Made by a program: the position numbers and the translations under genes
The notes under the pieces: generated by a model
The model's database searches: none
What the model was told of the DNA's origin: nothing
The model's input: only the letters and a program-made list of their open reading frames with translations
Shown: positions 27,001 through 41,139 of the stretch, piece by piece
Layout: the number at the start of each line of letters is the position of its first letter
How positions within the stretch are numbered: position 1 is the first letter of the stretch
NCBI GenBank assembly: GCA_905331295.1
Contig: CAJNYD010000044.1
Coordinates: forward strand, 1-64,000
Length of the DNA: 64,000 bases
Source: Rotaria socialis
Taxonomy: Eukaryota
Direction: 5' to 3'

Positions 27001-28795
27001 TTTATTAACTTAACATAATTATGCATGCATTTAAGAGATGTTGAAAACAAGTTTTTGTTCATAGCCGTCACGATGAATACGCTAGTGCGAATAGAGTTCA
27101 TGCTGTATGCTACAAGATCATTCATTCTATACTAGGCTAATAACAAAGATCAGTAACTGTAACTCGGAATTGAAGTAATTCATCTCAGCAACTTCGATTT
27201 CAGTACTTTTTGAAAGTAATTCAACGACAAATGCTCAGCTCGATCTTGACTTCACGCCTATGTAGAACGATTCTTATTTTACATTATTTTTCAATTCGTA
27301 ACCAAAAGTAATCTCCGTCATTTTTTTTCCAGTTAGCTGACTTCGAATCAAAATTATCCAATAATATAGTTTATGATGAGTTCGATTCCATTCCAGTGTC
27401 TCGTATCAATGGTTCGATTCAAGATGGACGATTATCTGACAACACTCATCGTAATCGATATGCAGATGTGATACCGTATGATGATACACGTGTACGATTA
27501 ATTCCAACAAAAGACAATCTTCATGGTTATATCAATGCGTCGCATGTTAAAATTCGTGTCGAAAATACAATCTATTCGTACATTGCAGCTGAATCCCCAT
27601 TACCATTAACAGTTCATGATTTTTGGCGTATGATATCTGGCAGTAATATACATGTTATTGTTATGCTAATTGGTAATGATCCGCAATTATGTGCAAATTA
27701 TTTTCCAAAACATAAAAATGAAAAATGTCGAACAGATGAATTTGAAATTGAACTAATTTCCGAACAAAATCGACAAGATTTTCACATTCGTTATTTACGT
27801 ATGAAAGTTCTTAATGGGCAACGAACGCGTACTATTGTTCATTTGCAATATGTTGCTTGGGACGAAGCACAATTACCACTTGATGCAACATCATTTATTG
27901 GTAAAATTAAATTAAATGTTTTGCAAAGATATTCGTTGAATAAATGTGTTTTCTTTTTTCTTATAGATTTTATTAATGTAGCAAATAGTTTTCGAAGACA
28001 CTATGGTGAAACGAATCCATGTTTAGTTCATTGTACTGCTGGGTAAGATTGTAGAGAAGGGAAAAGTAGAATTTCAGTACTGCGAATTTTTACGAAAGAT
28101 GTACCACGTGATAGAGTCTTGCCAAATTTTTTTAGCTATAGATAATAATGTAGCGAAACAGAAAAATGCTCTGTTGTGAAGATGAAGGACTTGTAAAGTA
28201 GTTGACGTTGTAGAACAAATATTTTCCTACAAAATGAAATGTTGACGAGCTCTGCAGAAGCCGTCTTCAACTTTTATTACAGTTTTACTAACGGCACTAG
28301 CATGACCGAGAGTCTTGGCTTTTGTGCCTGCCATAAAACTGTAATAGAAATTGAAAAATGCATCATACAAACTTCACTAATGTCTCATTTTGTAGAAAAG
28401 TATTCATTCGGCAAACATCCTTAGGAAAAAACATTGGAACCAAACCGAGAAATTTTTGGTACACACATCCCTCGTTGTAGACTAAATAGTTAGCGTAGAA
28501 AATAAGATATTTTAGACGACGAGAAATTTAATTATGTTTTGATAAATTTTAGTATTGGTCGTACTGGAATTTTTATTCTCACTCATGTTATGATTCAATG
28601 TATAACATTTAATAAAGTATGTAAGATTTTGAAGATTAAATTAAACTTATTTTATTCTATATTTAGAAAGTAAGTGTTGCAAGTGTATTGAAAGTGATGC
28701 GTGAACATCGAATGTCACTTGTCGATCGTACATATTCATATGTATTTGTTTATCGTTGTCTTATTGATTATTTAAAATCGTCGAGACTTATCTAA
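21039..28795 (+). CDS. FERM-domain non-receptor protein tyrosine phosphatase, PTPN14/PTPN21 (Pez)-like; ~13 exons
   Basis: FERM-like N-terminus (FALSY...YWLDP...TYGM...LGLSHTGI), linker motifs SVPDL and SLPNL, and a PTP domain RNRYADVIPYDDTRVRL...YINASHV...VHCTAG/IGRTG...MREHRM. Confidence 0.85.
24172..24329. mobile_element. hAT-type MITE in a PTP intron
   Basis: TIRs TAGGGGTGTCA / TGACACCCCTA. 8-bp flanks TTAAATAG / TTGAATAG (TSD with one mismatch). Confidence 0.8.
24426..25093. mobile_element. hAT-type MITE (668 bp) with long internal inverted repeat
   Basis: TIRs TAGGGGTGGACCAT / ATGGCCCACCCCTA, and a perfect 8-bp TSD ATTCCAAT (24418-24425 and 25094-25101). Internal arms ~24510-24720 and ~24850-25045 are reverse complements and TTAA-rich. 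Confidence 0.92.
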
Positions 28796-29083
28796 TATAG
28801 TTCTACCTATTCCATTCATTTAAGCATTCCACAACTGTAATTAGAAGTTTTTTTTCTTCTTCTTCTTCTTCTTCTACTTCTACTTTTTTTTGTTACTGCG
28901 AAAACCTAATGTGTTTGTACTTATTTTTCCTTTTCTTTTCATTTGTGCTTCTTCAATGCGCTAGACTGTTTTTTTTTATTGTGTACTTATTCAATAAACA
29001 AAAAAAGCAATAATAATAAATAGAATGAACAAAATTTTCAATCACGTTTATCTATGTTTCTAGATATTTCATAGCAATAGATA

Positions 29084-32000
29084 ATGGTGGGATTACTTAA
29101 TGAATCGCCGACATTTTGTTTCGATCGAGATGAATTATCGACGGTAGAATTTCATTTTATGATGCGAAGAAATTTTGAATTTAAAGTCATATTTTATTTT
29201 CTTCCAGGCCAATTTTAATGTTGATGCATTTGTTGTAAAATATAAACGTGAGGTTGGCTTAGAGAAATTACGCGATGATTTAGACTTATTTTTACGCGTA
29301 CTCAAATCGAGTATGGTAGAATTAATCAATCGAGATTTTGCCGATTTTTTGAATTTATCAACTAATTTGGTAATTATGAACAAATGATTTATTTTTGTTA
29401 TTCGATAGAAGAATAGGACCAGTAAAGAAACATTTTTTTTCGTTTAGGTTGGTTTTGATAAATCGATAACAACACTTAAAAATCCGTTGACTACTATGAA
29501 AGTTGATATATTGGTTAGTATGTTGTTTAATAATTTATCTTACGAAAAACAAATTAAATGAAAAATTTTCTAGAAAATAAATGAAATTCTTAGTAATCAA
29601 AGAAAAGAAATCGAAGAAAAACTGCGTGAACAAGAAGCGATTCGCCAACGAAAACAAGTAATTCAATCGACAATTGACGTACAAAAATCCATTCAACAAT
29701 TAAAGGAACTCGACGATGCCATTAATTTATCAAAGTAAATTCAAGTGTAAAGTTTTTTCTTGTTTTTGATTTCAACAAAATTTCCTTTAGAATTGATATC
29801 GGTGAAATGATTGAACGTGCAGTTGTTCAGTTTAGTTTTATTTCTATACAATTAGAAAAATGCAATAAAAATGAGTCAACAGTTGAATCTCTTAAATTAG
29901 TAAGAAGAAGAAAAACCGCCAAGAAAATTGATTTTTATATTTTTGTTTAGGTGATAGATAATTTACGTCGAGTATTTGAAAAACGTTTAACAACAGCTTT
30001 CATTAATGCATATCGTGAACCGAATATGTCGTTGTTAGCAGATTCGCTTAAAGGCTTAGCTTCGATTTCGCTTCAAACTATTGCTGAACAAACATTTGCA
30101 GATGAAATTGTTCGACCTTATATGGAAAAGGTAAAAAGAGATTAATACCACTCTATTTCTTTCGAATTTATTCAGTGCACTAGCACCCCGAGTAGAATTT
30201 TTACAACAGCTCGAAAAAGACTAAGCTAAAAGAATTGCAGTTCTTGTCAACAGAGCCAATTGATTATTACGTTTCTAAACTTTTAGTCTTGTTCGGTACA
30301 AAAATGGCATTTGTAATCGTGAGATTCACAAGTATGTGCAAAAATTGATCTAGAGATGCTTCTTGATGTTTTGATGATAAACATAGCGATACAAATAAAA
30401 CTAATCCTCACACCTCACTAGCAGGCCGTTCTGATCCTCCTCCATTGATTTCAAAGCATTTTTATTAGTATATTGATCGATCTCAAATCTTTTTCAAATT
30501 AAAAATTTTCTTCGCAAAATTATTTTGTTCCTATAAATAAACATTTTAACTGAAAGCGTCGATTTTTTTTATCCATGGATATTCTCCTACAAACAAATAG
30601 AACATCAAAGGTTTATAGAATTTCTAATTTCGCTTTTTTTTAAATTTTAACTAGATTGAAACGGAAACATTCGCTAAGTAAAAAAGAAAAGCCTCCTACA
30701 CAACTCCTACGCGATTCCCATACACAGCTGCTGCGGTTGTTGATCGTTGGAAGGTTTTTTTACTCTATCTATTTTAAGACTCCTTTTCTTATCAAGACGT
30801 TATTTAATCGTTAAGACATGTAAAAAAACGTAGATCAGGTCTTTTGATGATGATTTATTCGTATACAATTGCTGGTCTCCTGCCACAAATAGCTGCCACA
30901 GGATGTGGAATATAAAATAAACATTCATATAATGGAGTCTTGCCATTAGGTAGGTCATTAAAGAGGAAGAAAAACTGTTTTTCAATCTGCTACACAACTT
31001 GGTCGCAAGAGTGACCCAGTTTATTATCAGTAAAATAACGAAGTGTCAAACATAGCGCCAAGGTCGTACTGAAAGTACGATAAAGAACGAAGTTGATAAA
31101 AGCTAACGTGCTAATAAAAATCACTGAAAAATTTATTCGAAGTTTTAAATAGAATTTATGAAACTTGTGAAATTTCTATGTTTGACATAGAAAAAAACCC
31201 ATTTATAACGACTCTAATTATTTTAATTGTAAAATGAATTTTTTCATTTTCTCATTATGTTATTCAAGATGGTTCGCAATGCGCTAATTCAATCTACAGA
31301 CATTTCACTAGCATTTGAAAAAACATTAGATTTTATTCGTACGGAATGTAAAGCAATGCTCTATGTTGTCGAACGGATAAATCGTGAATGTGGAAGTCAT
31401 TTTGATTTTGTTGTTAATTCAATATTTCCTGAATTAACTCAATGTCTCGAAGAATCCTCGAATAGTTTATTTTTTTCTGGCGATCCCGATGTATTTCATC
31501 AAAGATATACACATTGGTTGATATTTCTTGAGCAAATTCAAAGTATTTTATCGAAATTAAGCGGACAAAATTTAAAGAAATCGAAAGCCTATCAAGAATT
31601 TTCATCTCGATGGGATTTAGTTGTTTATTTTCAAATACGATTTCAAGAAATATCAAATTCCATTGAAAGTCGAATTGTTAATCAGCCATTTGGATTGAAC
31701 GAAGATAAAAATTCTCTATTTAAAACTATGATTGCATCGACTATATTTCAATCGATTGATCGTTGCTGGCAAACAAATATTTTCCTTGAAACATTATCGC
31801 AACGATTCTGGAAATTAACATTACAATGTATTGTTCGATTTCGTATTTGGATTGAATCATTTAATGTAAACATTAAAAACAACAAATTTCAAAAGATGAT
31901 GTTTTGCTTTTTTTTATATTTAGACAAAAACAGTCGATACAAAATTTATTTTGAATCTCTATGCTGATCTTCAAACATTTACTCAAGAAGTAAAAAATCT

Positions 32001-33297
32001 TTTTCTTAAAGTTATTCTTGACCAACGACTTGCATCAATTATTTTATTGTCCCCAAATATAACAGTAGACTTAACTAACAGTAAGAGAGAAAAGATTTTT
32101 TTCATTCATTTTTTATTCGTGAAATTTTTTTATTAGTTTTGGATCAAACACTTTTAAGTTTAACAGATAAATGTCGTACTGATTTGAAAAATTTAGCTAT
32201 AGGACAACTAATTGAACGATGTAATGAAACACTTCATTCAATACAAGAAATTCCTCGAATGTACAGAAAAACAAATCGTGAAGTAAGTTTAAGCATTGAT
32301 AATAAGCAAGCCAAAGAAACACCATAGATATTCGAAGTGGAAAATAACATTATGTCTACTTGTACGTGTGTATTTTGGACTATAGCCTTGAACTTTTGTT
32401 TTTCATATCTTAGATAGAATTTGTTGGAATAATAATAATATGTCAGTGCATTCCTTTATGAAACGCTTCCAGTGCGTTCGTGATAAATTTCTATAAAGAA
32501 AAATAATTGATATAAGACATGTTTACTGATAATTGTAAAATAAACGTTGAAGGATAGTTTATTTGTGAGGAGCAGAAGACTATGCTCCTGAAATTTCTAA
32601 TAAAATTCCTATGAAATGATAAGAAAAAAGAAGGCCTATACAACCATGTGCACAGCGTTGGGTTTAAAAAAAAGGAAAATTATATCTGCCTTGATATTAT
32701 TCTTTTAAAATAATATCGAAAAAACTCCTATCTAATTTAGGCACCTAGTAAGGCATCGAACAGTATCCAAGCGACATTCCGTCACTTACAAAGCTTTACT
32801 AATGATTACAGCGGTACGATATTAACTGAAGATGAATGTAAACAATTTCAAAGCGTTGCAATGGAAGAAATCACCAAAAAGTATTTCACACAAATTATCG
32901 ATTTTCTAAACATGTATATGTCTATTTTTTTTACTTATTGTTTTAGTTATTATGGATTATGTTCGGAGATTTTATCATCTGTCAGAAAAATGGAAGAAAA
33001 TATACAGCGATTAAAACGTGTACGTGAATCATCTAAAGCTTTATCGACAATGTCACAAAGTGTGACTACATCATCAACAGCATCATTGACAGACGATAAT
33101 AAAATTCGTATGCAAATTCACCATGATGTGAACGCATTTACAAGCGAAGTAATTTCATGTTTCGTTTCTCTTCGATTTAATGAATCGTTTTTTCTTTCTC
33201 CGCATTGGTTTAGCTGAAGAATCTCGGTATTCAAATTGAATCGTCGAATAAATTAGCTATGCTTAATGAAGAAAGTCGTTTACAAATATTAAATTAA
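29084..33297 (+). CDS. COG2: Conserved oligomeric Golgi complex subunit 2
   Basis: FCFDRDEL...FNVDAFV...LEKLRDDL...SSMVELINRDFADFLNLSTNL/VG; FFSGDPDVFHQRY; RWDLVVYFQIRFQEI; IPRMYRKTNRE; SVRKMEENIQRLKR; DDNKIRMQ. Confidence 0.93.
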
Positions 33298-33446
33298 ATA
33301 AACATTTCATTTCTTTCTAAGTATTCTTTTTTTTTTAATAAAAAAATTCTTTTAGATGGAATCATCTAAATGGTTTATACAACCGGATGAAATTTTCTCA
33401 ATAGAAAATCGCTGCCTATTAAACGTAATCTTAGATATAACGAATG

Positions 33447-34283
33447 GGTTTACCCTACCTTGGTCGAAAGTAAATGTTTCGAACGAGAAAGATGCCGGCA
33501 AAAAAAATTTTCGGTAGTAAAATTTTCTAAGTAGAAAAACAACGAAAATGGTAGTATGAACCGATTGGTAAATACTCTTATATTGTGATTATAGTAACTG
33601 GTTGATTACGTTACCCATTCATTTCTTAGCTCAAATTCAGGCCTTTGTCGAGTAAAAGTCAACAAAGACGCCTTTGCTGTAAGGATTATAGAAAGAAAAA
33701 AATATTCAATAGTAAAATTTTGATAAACATTACGTCGATTTCTCCAGATATCAAGTTTTGATGCAAGTGAAAACTTATCCTTCATTACATCAAGCAAAAA
33801 TCAGCCATTAGTAGTTATGAATGAACAATTATACAAATGTAATAAGAAGACGGCCCGTAAAAAATATTGGATTTGTATTGTTAGTGGACGCTCCATGGTA
33901 GTTCATAGATGAAAATGATTTTTATTTATACGAAGGTAAATGTGATCATCATCATCAATAAAATTCAGATATCATTCAACTCATCAGATCTACTTACTGT
34001 TTTATCATTAGTTGTTGAAGCAAAAAAGAAACGTATAGAAACCAAATTTACGGCAGAAGATTACTTATTCATCAAGCATGATTCTACTTTTTTAACAAAT
34101 TTTTGCTTCAAACATTTTTTCGATAAATAAAAGTTTTTAAATGAAAAAAAAATTTAATCTTTCTTAACGCACAGAACTAAAATAAGAAATCTTTTGATAT
34201 TTATCAGTCGAAATTTTTACCTTCCGATATTTTCGGTGCCTTCTCTTTTGACATTTTAACTTTCGACCAAAGTAGAATTCACC
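33447..34283 (+). mobile_element. Degenerate Mutator-like (MULE) element with a FLYWCH zinc-finger remnant
   Basis: Imperfect TIRs (GGTTTACCCTACCTTGGTCGAAAGT vs ACTTTCGACCAAAGTAGAATTCACC). The internal ~33760-33955 reads LSFITSSKNQPLVVMNEQLYKCNKKTARKKYWICIVSG...H, with disruptions. Confidence 0.65.
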
Positions 34284-34897
34284 TTGACTTTTGTATTGGA
34301 TGATTCTATAGAGATATTAGAATATTACTAGAGCAAATTAGCTTTTGTTTATACGGCAGAAATCTATTTTCAGTATCCAAAGTACCAAAAGTTCCATTGA
34401 GACGCGACATGCAATTAATTCGTAATCAATTATCTAACAAGTTTCTATGTCAGACAACAAAGTTTATTGATGTAAGAGAACATTCCAAGAATTTTCCGGT
34501 CAAACAACAGACTATTCATATATTCGTTGAGTTGGTCGTATTCCTAATTTTCAATTTGATCCCTACGATGCACTCTACGGAGAAATCAATGGGGATATTA
34601 TATCGCATGAATTAGAAGAATATTTAAAATTTATTTTTAGGATAAATAAATATAATAAAAATACAGAAAAAAATTGTATATATGTGTGAAACTGGCTGGC
34701 AAACAAGTCTAGCAGCAATATTTGCTGAAGAGTTAAATTTAGCAGATACGATATCTGTAGTAGATTTTGGTTGGTTCGAATGGCCCGAAGAATTTCTAGA
34801 ACATTAAAAAACGTAAAGTCTTGCTTATGATGCACTTTCAAAGTTCCTCTATTTTTTCCTTTTCTTCTTATCAAAGTTCCTTTCTAATAATAGAATT

Positions 34898-36155
34898 TTA
34901 CACAAGTCCAGTGAAATAGTTAATATTCGGAGAAGATTTCGATGCCCTGTCAGGCATTGGAACGTCAAATACAATAAAATCATTCGACGGGTTATAGGAA
35001 CGTGTACACATTGCTGAATTAACAAAATATGTATATCCATTGAATGACATACCAAATGCTAGAGGAAAGAAAAAGAACGAACGGAATATCAATTATTGTT
35101 TGAATAAAATATAACCTTCTCGGCTATATCCGAATACATGAAAAGTCGGACCAATTCGACACGCTACTGTTCCTGAGCGTTGCAGTAGATGAGACAATCA
35201 TAAATAGATATAGATAAATCTATGGATAGGATAATTTTTTGTTCTTTTACCAAGAAGGTCAACATCGCCTAAATGCTCTTCAATATAGTCAGCGTCGCCG
35301 TGACCTAATAAGAGTAACATCGTTTGAGAAATATTCATTAGACACTTATACCTAATGGCGGTTGACAAGTAATCAAAACATCGATGCCACGCGGAATACG
35401 ATTCCATTGTTTCATTATTTCATTGCGAGAAGAGTAGAATGCGGCTGTTTTATTGATTGATACCCTAAATAGATATCCAAAGTAGAGATCGTTTATTTCT
35501 ATAGGAAATTATTTCTAACCAAGGTGATCCATAAAATTTAACACCGGCTATTTCAACTCCCATATCTTGCAGATAAATAACATTATTTAAATATTGTGAA
35601 ATATGTTTCAATCCAAGTAATTTTAATTCCTTTTTAATCGTATTTCTTTCACATTGTTTACTAATAAAAAGAATAAAAGGGTTTTTTTCGAAAAATTTAA
35701 TTTACGCTTGTTCATCAGTGAGATTTTCAAGATTGAAACAATAGTCGGAACTTCCTGGTACGAGAATTTTATATGTTGTTGGTAAATCATCAAGTGATTT
35801 GCGAAACTTAACAATATCAGTCCATTTTGAAGTACGTGAAATGTTGCCAGCTATGATAAGTATATCAGCCGGTGGGCATGAATCCACTAATTTTGTCATA
35901 TTATCAAATATGTCTGATGTACACGCTATACGAAGCTATAGCATAAAGAAAACATTTATTTTTCATTCGATAAACATTTGATGAAGAGAAATGATCCATC
36001 ACCACCTTATTATTACTAATAGCTTTCCTGCTTGCCGATGGAAAGTTTTTTAAATTAGGCAGTTGGTCAAATCTATGTGTTTTTTCAAGCTGTGATAAGA
36101 CTCTTAATGGATAATTAGCCATGGAATGTTTTCTTAACTGTATGGGTTTAGTCAT
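34898..36155 (-). CDS. Metallophosphoesterase domain protein, MPPED1/2-like, with degenerate metal ligands; ~7 exons
   Basis: LRIACTSD...PPADILIIAGN...LPTTYKILVPG...IYLQDMGVEIAGVKFYGSPW...WNRIPRGIDVLITCQPPLG/HGD...GDVDLL...PTFHVFG...YFVNSAMCTRSYNPSNDFIVFDVP, collinear with the MPPED family. Confidence 0.85.
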
Positions 36156-37884
36156 TTTTTTCGATAATAAAAAAAATATTTTATGATAATTTTGCGCCAA
36201 AAGTTTGCTTCTTTTTTTATTTGGAATATATGCTCGTATTAATTATTAAACAGGATGTTCTTCCTTGAAGTGAGAAGCGTTCTGTTAGAAGGAAACGTTT
36301 TAGTCGTGTACCAGCTTGTGGCCTGCATTCGATAACAAACGCTTGCTAAGAAATCGAGAAGGACGCCAAGTGCTCTTTTGATGTAAATGAGATAGATGTT
36401 TTTTTGACCTACATCGGCACAGACTGAACTCTAAAATCAGTATGATTGTATGCATCGCAAGCTATTATTTTTCAGTATTACCTTTAGCCTATTTCGATAA
36501 ACAAGCTTGTTTTCTGTGGTTAATCATACGTCAAACGAAATAAAAAGCCTAATCGATCATTTCTTTTTTATTTTGTTCTTATTGTAATATCAATAGTCCA
36601 ATCATTCGAAGTAGAAACATTTTCATGAAAAAAAAATTTCTCTAATAATATACTCGTATACATGTTAAAGGAATTTTCTCATTGATTGCTGCAATACAAA
36701 CATGTATTGACATATTTCTACCTAAACATAGTATTTACCATATACGATATCATTCATTGACTTATCCAAACGTATGTTGCTTTTAGTTAGTAGAGAATAA
36801 TCGTCCATCAACAATCAGACAACTGTTGAGTGACGTCTATATATTCTTCTGATATATCATTTATACAGTTCTGTAACAAAGAGGAATACGATGATTACGA
36901 ATACAGGAAGAAAATAGCACAAACTAGATTTCCGTTGATAAATTAACTGTTAAAAAACAAGAAGAAATGATAAAGTTGAGTGGATACATAAAACAATCAC
37001 CCTCAGCATGAAAAATATAATATTCAATGACAAAATATTGATCGAATTGAATAATGGCACCAGTGGGTGCTTGTGACATGCAATAGAATAAAAAATGGAT
37101 CTTTCATCGAAATTTGTATTTTTCTGTTAATGGCACATTAAAAATGTCTTAAGTATTTCGTGCGTTACCATAGGGCATACTTCTGCTGTGCGACGTGCTT
37201 TTTTTTGCGTCGTTTCTTTTCTCTCTCTCTCTTTCTCTGATATTAGAAATAGTACTTAGTCAATTTTTTTCTTCTTCCGTTCTCTACTTTTTTCAATTAT
37301 GCTTGTCACGCAAAAGAAAAAGACTTCCCTGTAGGTGCTAAATTTCTTTCCTGCAGCATAGTAGAGTCTATTCATTGCACTGAAATTATCCGTAAAGTGA
37401 AATCATAACAAAACGTTCTTCTTTTTGTTTTTTAAAGAATTTATTACCATCAATGCACACTGTTTTAATTCAAAACACAGCGTGCCTTTCACTAAGCAAC
37501 AAAACCAAACGCACACACATGCAAATTTACAAGGAAAAAAAAACAAATGAAAACAAAACACTACAGTATTGCAGTCAATAGTACACATTATATTTCTGTA
37601 CATACCATATTGAAGTGATACAAGACAGAATACATCTCACAAAACCAAAAAACTGTTACATCGTATTCAGGACATTTAAAAAAGTAAAGATATTGTCTGT
37701 ACAGCATAAGAGTTAAATGTTCTTAATTTCAACTGAGATTTTCAATTAAAGTAAGATGTACAATTTCATTAGTGTACAAACATAAGCAGCACGTCATTTG
37801 CACAGAAGCAAAACGAATCATTGAATTGAGAGACAGCGGACGGAAGAAGAAGATAAAAGAAGAGGCAAAAATGTTCCATGTATG

Positions 37885-39214
37885 TTATAATGAATTTCCT
37901 CGCGAAGAAGAACTTGTTGATTTTGATGATGAAGAAGTGTGTCCCCGACGTCGTCGGGGTGCTAATGATAGACATAAGTCTCTTGACGACGGATATTTGA
38001 GCCATTCGGATTTCAAACATTCATCAAGCGTCGGTCTCTCTGACGAACGTATAGATAGACATTGTTCGATTAATTTTACACATTCTAGAAACAAGAAAAA
38101 AAAGGTTACTTCGACTTCGCACTATAGAATCTATCTTATTTATCTCCGCCCCGCTGTTACCAATTCCATTACTACTTGCACTGACTGAGCTTTTTTATTG
38201 TTAACTTACCAGGTGAAATGTGACTAGGAAAATGCGGCTGACATTTGATAATTGATAAATCATCAGCGAATGGAATATCGCCACAAACAAGATCATATAG
38301 AAGTATTCCTAAAGACCATACCGCTTGTGGTAAACCAAAATACCGACGACATGTAACCCATTCTGGGGCAGCATAACATGATGTACCATCGAAATCGGTA
38401 TAAATTCCGTCATTTAATACAGCACCAGAACCAAAATCAATTAAATATAATTGTCCGGTATGTACATTAACAAGAAAATTTTCATCTTTTATATCTCGAT
38501 GGAGAACCTAAGATAGGAGTAAAAAATTAATTATTTTTTTTTGCCGTTGGAAAAATATTATTTTTAACTTACGCCACATTGATGAATATCTTTGAGGATT
38601 TGAATAATTTGTTTAAAAAAATCTCGTGCTAAACGTTCATCGAGACCATTTGGTCGTTCGGATATAAAATCATATAGATCACAGCAATTTTCAGGTCTTT
38701 CAAGGACAATAACAAGTTGATCATTATGAATGAAATAATCAAGCATGTGTATAACATTTTTAACTTTGGCTACACGACGTAATAGATACACTTCAAGTGG
38801 TAATTTTCCATCCGGCTAACAGAAACAAGAAAAATATTTCCTTTACCGAAATTCTTCTTTTTTACAGATTTAACTTACTGTATTTATTTCACGCATGCGT
38901 CTTTTCGAAATCACTTTAAGCGCAACTGGCAGCCCATCCTTCTTACGTACACCAGCATAGACATCACCAAAACCACCTGAGGCTAGTTTATGGGCGATTA
39001 AATATCGAGCACGTAGTGGATCGACAACAGCTAAAAGAAAAAAAAATTATTTATTCAGATATAGACAAAAGAAATAGTTTTTTTTATACGTACAAGAATT
39101 TGTTTTACTTGTTGATGTTGTCGTTGCTGGTTGTTGTCGTTGATGATGGTGATGACGATGATGATGATGAATTATATTATTCGATTGTGAAGGAGTAAGA
39201 ACCAGAGTACTCAT
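37885..39214 (-). CDS. PIM: PIM-family serine/threonine kinase; 5 coding exons
   Basis: [12 protein letters not shown]...PVALK...LPLEV.LL, PIM-type hinge [28 protein letters not shown]...[31 protein letters not shown]. Confidence 0.93.
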
Positions 39215-41103
39215 TATGTTAAGACAAATATATATATATTATTATTATTATTATTATTAGCGAATGCTTATCTAAAAGAGAAGTATCCAACATGAAAAAA
39301 AACGCGTCGACTTTTTGCCGATGATTGTTACGAGTGTAGTGCGAGAATAAATCTATTGTTCTATGAAGGATATTCTGTATCGAAAAAAAAGAAAAAAGAA
39401 AAAAGAGAAAACAGAAGAAAAGAAAAGACGATATCTTTATCCAACACAAACATAATGCTGCTCCTGATTATTGCTTACCAAGCGAAACGACCTATACTAC
39501 CGTTCATGAGGAAAAAAGAAGGAGAATATGTCGATGAATGAGTTATGTTGTGTGGGTGTGCGTCGTTGTGAGAGAGAAAAAAAAAAGAAGAAGAGAAGAC
39601 GCCAAATGCATCATGTGAGGAAACTTCGTAGGGCACGATGTATTGGCTGTCATCCAAGTCAAATAGTCTAGTGACACTGGCGCACGAACGAACGAACGAG
39701 AGCGTACTTTTTTATTTTTATTTTTCCTCTTGCTCGTTTTGGCTCGCGATCAAAAGAGAGAGAATAGTGGTACTATGCTCTAATTTTTTTTCTATTTCGC
39801 GCTTTTGTTAAATCGGAAGATGTATTGGCAAACAATTGGTTTAATTAAAACAAAAAAAAACGAGAAAGAGCAACGACGAATAAGCAAATGTCTTTACTAT
39901 CATTAGACTCATTCGGCTTATACTACAAAATAAACAATCAGATTTAGTTGTTAAAGAGGAAGAAAACAAAACCGAAAGGAATACATAGATATATGGGTGT
40001 GGCGTCGAAGACAATTCATGCCTTCTTATACATACCAACAACAATCGATAGAATAAAGGAAAAGAAAAGGCACATACGTTTAAATTTAAACTAGATGCAC
40101 AAAGGAGTGTCTACTATTGTCAGACAGATATATGTGTACATTTCGGTGAAGAAAATCACAATGAAATGAAAAAACTTGTACTTGAAATATACTTATATAC
40201 AGAGAAAGAGAGATTATTATTATTGTATAGAGAAAAATTTTCATCCGAGAATTTTTAGCATTCTTAAGCTATGATAAAAATCCCATGAAAATTTGCACGT
40301 TATTGCACATATATGTTCTCGTTTTCTTTTTGTGAAAGTAGACAATCAACAAAAAGACGCGACAGAATGAAAAATATTGCGCAAAAGACAAAGAGAGAAT
40401 TTTTAGTAGCAACAGAAAAACAATGGGCCACTTCTATTTATATAATGTTCTATATAAAAAGAAAAAAGAGGCTAATTTATTCTTTAAATGCAAGTCTTAT
40501 CAATGTTTGTTATTATTGTTGTCTTTTTGTTCCTTATGTATTAATCACATAAGAAAGAGAAAAAAGAATTATATTTATACCGTCTTTATTTATTTAACTA
40601 CAAATTACTGCCTTTCACTATTTATTTTTTTGACGTCAAATCACAAATAAATCAATTGAAATATGAGAAAAATAGAAGGAAGTCTAGATGCCTGATTTTA
40701 CTGTTTTTTTCCAATACACTACAAACACTCGAAAAAGAAATTTCTTTTTTGTACGATGTACCTACTCTAATAACTGTTTTGTGACATATTATATACCTTT
40801 ATATTGATTGATACCTATAATTGAGAAAAATTTGAAACTAAAGGAAATGCTGTAACTAGCAAATAAAACATTGATTTTGTGTAAAGATGGTTCGCCAATA
40901 AAATCAATATTTCATATTTATTCATAGACAGTCTTAGATATTGCAGGTGCGGAGTGTGCGTACACCTATGTTGTGTCTTATATATATATATATATATACT
41001 AAGGTTTTTTCTTTTTCTTCTTTTTTCTCTTTTCTTTTCTTTTTCATCTAGCTTTGTAAAATTATGAGTCAAAAGTGTATAGAATAGATACAATAGAGTC
41101 TCA

Positions 41104-41107
<4 letters not shown>

Positions 41108-41135
<28 letters not shown>
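41108..41135. repeat. (TA)n microsatellite
   Basis: Direct read. Confidence 0.9.

Positions 41136-41139
<4 letters not shown>

Noticed and set aside
37772..38188. 138-aa plus-strand ORF
   Set aside because: Antisense to the last PIM exon and its 3'UTR. No domain features.
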